This document shows, one piece after another, positions 45,596 through 51,978 of a stretch of 51,978 bases of DNA (its first letter is position 1; every line of letters begins with the position of its first letter). The DNA comes from Macrostomum lignano (taxonomy: Eukaryota). The notes beneath the pieces were generated by a model. The model ran no database searches, was not told the origin of the DNA, and was given only the letters and a program-made list of their open reading frames with translations. The position numbers and the translations under genes were made by a program. Where the stretch lies: the NCBI GenBank assembly GCA_002269645.1, contig NIVC01004279.1:1-51978 (forward strand), read 5' to 3'.

Positions 45596-48500
45596 TTAAA
45601 CTCGTTTTAAATGCGCCCTCAATATATAGGCGGCAACCAAGGCGCTGTTGACACTGCCGAGAAAGCCAAACGACCAGACGCCGAGATTGTCCAACATTAG
45701 GCCGCCTAGCGTTGGCGAAGCGATGCGAATAACGCTATTGATTGACATGTTGATGCCCAGTACAGAGCCTGCGGATTTTAATGGATGCAAGCTATGATTT
45801 TTACGGGCGAATTGCACTCAAATTTGTGCTATTACAACGATTTTCAAAGTACATTAGCGTCTACTCTCATTCTTGGGTCCTATAGTGACGAGTGACCCTC
45901 AGAGAGTGCCTCATCAGAGAGGCTTACAGAGCGTGTTCTTGGGCGATTCTCAGTGATTTACTGACGACTCTCAAGGTGTGTTCTGGAGCGATTCCTAATG
46001 ATTTACTGACGACTCTCAAGGTGTGTTCTTGGGCGATTCTCAGTGATTTACTGACGACTCTCAAGGTGTGTTCTTCGGCGATTCTCAGTGATTTACTGAC
46101 GACTCTCAAGGTGTGTTCTGGAGCGATTCCTAATGATTTACTGACGACTCTCAAGGTGTGTTCTGGAGCGATTCTCGGTGATTTACTGACGACTCTCAAG
46201 GTGTGTTCTTCGGCGATTCTCAGTGATTTACTGACGACTCTCAAGGTGTGTTCTTGGGCGATTCTCAGTGATTTACTGACGACTCTCAAGGTGTGTTCTT
46301 GGGCGATTCTCAGTGATTTACTGACGACTCTCAAGGTGTGTTCTGGAGCGATTCCTAATGATTTACTGACGACTCTCAAGGTGTGTTCTGGAGCGATTCT
46401 CGGTGATTTACTGACGACTCTCAATGTGTGTTCTGAAGCGATTCCTAATGATTTACTGACGACTCTCAAGGTGTGTTCTTGGGCGACTCTCAAGGTGTTC
46501 TTGGGCGACTCTCAAGGTGTGTTCTTGGGCGATTCTCAGTGATTTACTGACGACTCTCAAGGTGTGTTCTGAAGCGATTCTCGGTGATTTACTGACGACT
46601 TTCAAGGTGTGTTCTTCGGCGATTCTCAGTGATTTACTGACGACTCGACTCAAGGTGTGTTCTGGAGCGATTCCTAATGATTTACTGACGACTCTCAAGG
46701 TGTGTTCTTGGGCGATTCTCAGTGATTTACTGACGACTCTCAAGGTGTGTTCTTGGGTGATTCTCAGTGATTTACTGACGACTCTCAAGGTGTGTTCTTG
46801 GGCGATTCCTAATGATTTATTGACGACTCTCAAGGTGTGTTCTTGGGCGATTCTCAGTGATTTACTGACAGCTTGCTTTCACGCTGAGTTCAAGGGTGTT
46901 ACTTTATGTCTGCAGAATATTTAGTATATTACTCTTATTAATGGAATGTACCGCCTTTTTGAAACGGTAATAAAATTTTCCATTCTAAGTAGATAAATCA
47001 CGACTTGATTACTTACCGGTATCCTCCAGCGACACAGCATTGGTGAGCGCACTGCTCACCAGCACATTGATAAGTGTCAGGCCGATAACCAGAGGCAGAA
47101 TGCACACGAATAAGTAGTAGATCTGGGTGCCAAGAAACGCCTGTAAAAGTGAGTTAACAGCATTAAGGAAAATAGCTGGCAAAGATGTGTATCACGATCT
47201 ATATAATTCAATGGTCAAAAAGCACTTGCCAACATGAAATATCCCACTGTGAGAATGGCACAACCGACAGTCAGTAACAGGCTGTCGCTAAATCGTTTAG
47301 TCAGCACAGAGATGCCAAGACCTTGCACAGCCATTGACACTACAGCAACGTACGCCATCATAATTCCGCTAATCTGAGGCGTAGCGCCCAGCTGTTTGAC
47401 AGAAATGATTGGCATCATGCTCTGCAGTAGGCCAATAGGAATTCCTGTGACAACTTTCACCGCCAGCAGCCAACGAGTTCGTCGATTCTTTACTAGGAAC
47501 TCGGAGAATTTCGCCAAGTCGAATACCTTAGCGCCTGATGAAGACGATTTGAAGCCAGCCTCATTTGCGTCATCTGCCGAGGAGGAGGCTGTTGAAGACT
47601 TTGACATAACAGGGGAAGCCTTCAGATTAGCGGGGATGGTTAGCCAAACGGCTGACATGCTACCGAATGAGAGAACAGCCGCGATGAAGCAGGCGTAATG
47701 CTCACTGTTGAGAGGAGAGGTCGGAGAGAGGTGAACAAGTGTGTAGAGGTTTGGGCAATGTTTAACGACTCTCAATGTAGCTTAGGAGTGATTCTCGATT
47801 TTTTTACTAAAAGACTGTCAACGTGATTCAGAAACCAGTGGCAATTTGTTTATTAAACGACTCTCAATGTGATCTAGGAGTGAGTCTCGGGTGCTTAATG
47901 AACCACTCTCAATGTGGTCTAGGAGTGAGTCTCGGGTGCTTAATGAACCACTCTCAATGTGGTCTAGGAGTGAGTCTCGGGTGCTTAATGAACCACTCTC
48001 AATGTGGTCTAGGAGTGAGTCTCGGGTGCTTAATGAACCACTCTCAATGTGGTCTAGGAGCGAGTCTCGGGTGTTTAATGAACCACTCTCAGTGTGATCT
48101 AGGAGTGAGTCTCGGGTGTTTAATGAACCACTCTCAATGTGGTCTAGGAGCGAGTCTCGGGTGTTTAATGAACCACTCTCAATGTGGTCTAGGAGCGAGT
48201 CTCGGGTGCTTAATGAACCACTCTCAGTGTGATCTAGGAGTGAGTCTCGGGTGCTTAATGAACCACTCTCAATGTGGTCTAGGAGCGAGTCTCGGGTGCT
48301 TAATGAACCACTCTCAGTGTGATCTAGGAGTGAGTCTCGGTGTTTAATGAACCACTCTCAATGTGGTCTAGGAGCGAGTCTCGGGTGCTTAATGAACCAC
48401 TCTCAGTGTGATCTAGGAGTGAGTCTCGGGTGTTTAATGAACCACTCTCAATGTGGTCTAGGAGTGAGTCTCGGGTGCTTAATGAACCACTCTCAATGTG

Positions 48501-50995
48501 GTCTAGGAGCGAGTCTCGGGTGCTTAATGAACCACTCTCAATGTGGTCTAGGAGTGAGTCTCGGGTGCTTAATGAACCACTCTCAATGTGGTCTAGGAGT
48601 GAGTCTCGGGTGCTTAATAAACCACTCTCAATGTGGTCTAGGAGTGAGTCTCGGGTGCTTAATAAACCACTCTCAATGTGGTCTAGGAGTGAGTCTCGGG
48701 TGCTTAATGAACCACTCTCAATGTGGTCTAGGAGCGAGTCTCGGGTGCTTAATGAACCACTCTCAATGTGGTCTAGGAGCGAGTCTCGGGTGCTTAATGA
48801 ACCACTCTCAATGTGGTCTAGGAGCGAGTCTCGGGTGCCTAATGAACCACTCTCGGTGTGGTCTAGGAGCGAGTCTCGGGTGCTTAATGAACGACTCTCA
48901 ACTCTCAATGTAAGTCCAGGAGAGAGTCTCTCGAGCAAAGAATGCATTGGCGCCTCGTTGGTTGTGATATATTTGAAGAACTCATTGGGCAAAGGTTTAA
49001 TAACTTTTCATACAATGCACTACACAAACCTGGTCGCCTTGATAATGAAACCACTGGATAGGGAGCCGAGCACCATGCCGACACCGTAGGAGATGCCGAG
49101 CTTGGCTAGACTATCCGATCGTTTTAACGGGTCCGATAGGTCCGTCACCACCATCTGACCGCCTGAAACACAAAAAATAAGAATGCAGCTTTAGTACGTT
49201 CCGGTACTGTGGTACCTAATTAAACCAGAGTTTTCGTAGAGTTACTAGTACAGTATTTAATGGGACAACTACCAAAGTTAATAACACTTAAAGTTTTTAT
49301 GGTATTTCATTAAAAGACTAAAAGAAGAGTAATTACTTTGACAACTATTATTTGGGTGGATGTTTCATAGCGCACCTGTCACAGTTACAATTGTGACAAC
49401 CGAGTATTGATAATTGTTTATTCAAAAGCGGTTGGTCTCATAAGACATCACTTTATTGGAAGTGAAAAACACTTGATTCTCGACAAGCTTCAGGACAATT
49501 CAGGACAAGTAGCCCCAAGAAATTTTTCAGCAATTCCCTGGGGGTTGACTGTGACTGCGCCAGCGAGGCACCCGTTGCTTTGGCCATAGACATTCTAAGT
49601 CACTACTAAAGCTTGTAACTTGCCATTAGATTTAAAAATCAGTTTATGCAACTAAACTTCGCAGAACTTGGTAAATTTGCTAACTTGTCGCTTGCATAGA
49701 TCTTATATTCTCTTGATAGACCACTTTGTATGGCGGTAATAGGGAAAGTGCAACCGCTGTTTTTCGTCACTTGTGCGAAAAAAGCCGACATGGGTTGCTT
49801 AAATTTTGAGTTCAGTAGCTTAAGGGACATAGACGCTACTTTTGAGAATTGAATAAAACTACTCGTGAATTAATCAAACAGCTACTCAATTGAACTAAGA
49901 ATGATGAATTCACTGCAGAGACTACTGACGAAATTGAGTTCAGTAGTTGATTTTCGCGCTGTCGCGAGATGCAATTTTTTACATTAGCTTCTATGGTCAC
50001 ATAAGCGGTTAATGATTGGCCCATCTTGTGTATATATGATCGCTTGTCATTATTAACCTGTAACTTATAACTATGAAACACCAACTCTCATAGAATTTCA
50101 GGTCACTAAGGCTAGTTCAGAGACATAGACAAAAAGAGCAAGAAAACTAGACTTAATGTTTGAAATTGCGGGCACTGTGAGAGTTGCATCATGGTCTAAA
50201 TGTAACATAGACTATGCTAATAAGTGCATGTCTATAATTCACAAGGCTTGTAGAAACTCAATTAAGACAAACTTCCTATCTTTTCAATTGCGCCCCAGAA
50301 CGGTATTTTGGTTTTCTTCTAGTATGGAAGGTCTAGCACAGGGTTCTCTTAGCACGAGGTTTTTTCTGAGTTCAATCGGTTAGGAACATTCAGTCATTGT
50401 TTATTGACAGTTAGGCTCTGACTAAACTAAGACGAAGACCATTACGTCTACATCAGTTTTATGAATTGACGTTTTGCTTGTTTGAATAAAAAAGGGATTT
50501 TGTTCGAAATCGGAGGTAAACAGCTGTGTAGTGATTGGTACTTTATTGAACTACACAGATACCACGTGGATAGACATAGTGCATGCAGATACATTAGCTA
50601 CAAACTGGTTACTAACACTGATACCTAAACAACACCCAATTTTTTTACCCTGCATCGCGTGCACCAACATTAGCGGCAGCCGGGACAAAAACATCCAAAA
50701 CAAGCCGTCAGTTAGGGCCACAGTCAGGCACGATATTCCTGAGGCGCCAAACGCCAGACAGAGCGCCAATCTGGCGCCATACAATCGCCAAATCGGCCAA
50801 ACAGCGCGCCCAAGCAGTTGAACAGCGGCAAACATCGTCTGCAAGTAGCCAAATGCCAGATTTGAAGCCTCCCACTTCTGTAATAGAAACGGCACAGCGG
50901 CCTGTTGGATCCAGAAAGCCAGCGAGTACAGCGCTAATGTTGGCGTGCGTGCTCAGCATAATTGCACTGGGTGACAACTGTCCCTTGCCAGCCAT
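45596..50995 (-). CDS. SLC22A18: SLC22A18-like MFS transporter, 5 exons; exon 1 carries indels
   Basis: Exons 50649-50995, 49030-49162, 47230-47704, 47017-47140 and 45596-45768 with consistent phases. Motifs: AFGYLQT.F...QLLG, SRLP..L.HAMQGGQMVVTDLS, LGISYGVGMVLGSL, VFDL, GSVLGINMSINSVIRIASPTLGG. Confidence 0.9.
45925..46870. repeat. 45-bp minisatellite A in SLC22A18-like intron 4
   Basis: Unit gacgactctcaaggtgtgttcttgggcgattctcagtgatttact, ~20 copies. Confidence 0.97.
47855..48900. repeat. 45-bp minisatellite B in SLC22A18-like intron 2
   Basis: Unit gaaccactctcaatgtggtctaggagtgagtctcgggtgcttaat, ~23 copies. Confidence 0.97.
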
Positions 50996-51818
50996 TATTT
51001 GGTCGGATTAATTGATGACTTGTTAATTGACTCCTCCAGTAACAATTCAGTCAGCTAAGCTCATGAAGTAAACGTAATAAACCTTAATTTAATCGAGTAA
51101 ATTCAGTTATTTGCTTATGTCATAGTGGCAGGTAATTTTCAGATCGAAAGCGATAAGGCTACAAAAAGAATTAAAATTCACACAGCCTACTGAACTTTCC
51201 TTAGAATTAACTTTATTAAAATTTATGAAAACTTAATTATCTTTATTATAAGATCGGACAGCCTTGGCTCGTCAATTAATGAACAAGCTAAATCATTTTA
51301 TGGAGCCTTTGTAGCAGTCAATGTGGCGGAAGTGAGCTAGCATTTTGTGTATATTCTGTGGTATCGTATCGATTACTGTGTAGCTCTATAGTTACAAAGA
51401 TATGAAACAACAATATTTCCAATAATACCCTGGTAAATCAAACGCTTTGAAACATACTGATGTACAATAGAAGGCATGGAATATAATAATATCAATCGAA
51501 GGCCTAAAGGTTTATGACAGTTCAGAAAGCGTTTGGGGTAAAAAGTACTCAACTTAAATGACAGATCACAATAATAATTACATGAAACGGCAAAAGTTTC
51601 GCTTGAATTCAGATTCCTATTTTACAAGCGTCTGATCTTGAACAGCAGTATAAATCGAAAGACCATCGCAAATTGAGCTACTTGGTAAAAAATCGAGTAT
51701 AGCTAGTAGAGTCTAGCAAAATTACACATGGAATATGTACACATTTCAGTACAAAAAGCTGACTTAAATTTAACTTGATTCTTCTACTTGGCGAATTTCC
51801 CTAAATTTATAGAGGCTT

Positions 51819-51978
51819 TATGTAGCCTGTGGTGGAGCTTCGGACTCAAGCCTGCAAGGTCAAGTTCGATTCCCGATCCCACTCGGATAATTTGTGTTCT
51901 TGACCATGACACTTCACTCTGCATTGCTTCAGTTCACCCAACTGTAAAGTGAGTGCCAGCATTACTGGGGTAATTGAG
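51819..51978 (+). mobile_element. tRNA-derived CORE-like SINE, copy 3 (cut by the window end)
   Basis: tgtagcctgtgg...gttcgattccc...tgtgttcttgacc...ctctgcattgcttcagttcaccca.ctgtaaa. Confidence 0.82.

Noticed and set aside
45892-49089. Repetitive ORFs on both strands (e.g. 45892-46542, 47823-48347, 48324-48992)
   Set aside because: 15-aa periodicity from the 45-bp arrays inside introns of an opposite- or same-strand gene

Overview
Eukaryotic (animal) genomic DNA, repeat-rich, with spliceosomal introns. The gene style (GC-rich exons, poly-Q/A/G tracts, minisatellite-filled introns) suggests a free-living flatworm such as Macrostomum; this is inference, not proven. Positions 1-23.5 kb hold six co-oriented minus-strand genes: a disrupted EPSTI1-like gene, a Deltameth_res/COX7B-like small protein, ZDHHC6, an intronless SPPL2, TRAPPC3/BET3 and an 8-exon RAB3GAP1. 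Positions 24.5-36.4 kb are a gene-free transposon island: two Helitron-like copies carrying satellites, hAT- and MULE-type MITEs, an intact DD34D mariner with 221-bp TIRs nested in a hAT MITE, and a Kolobok-like element with a decayed THAP domain. Positions 37-52 kb hold an orphan Q-rich protein with two KH-like domains, a foldback element, an intronless CYP2-clan P450 broken by a deletion, and a 5-exon SLC22A18-like MFS transporter with a GC-AG intron. Three copies of a tRNA-derived CORE-like SINE are present. The most intriguing leads are (i) a possible trans-spliced operon in which ZDHHC6 has no start codon of its own and would be completed in frame by a spliced-leader AUG, (ii) intron-by-intron minisatellite arrays with palindromic monomers, higher-order structure and families shared between neighbouring introns, and (iii) the long-TIR intact mariner. 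Gene identities come from recalled family motifs; no database searches were run. Most long ORFs in the supplied track over repeats are artefacts.
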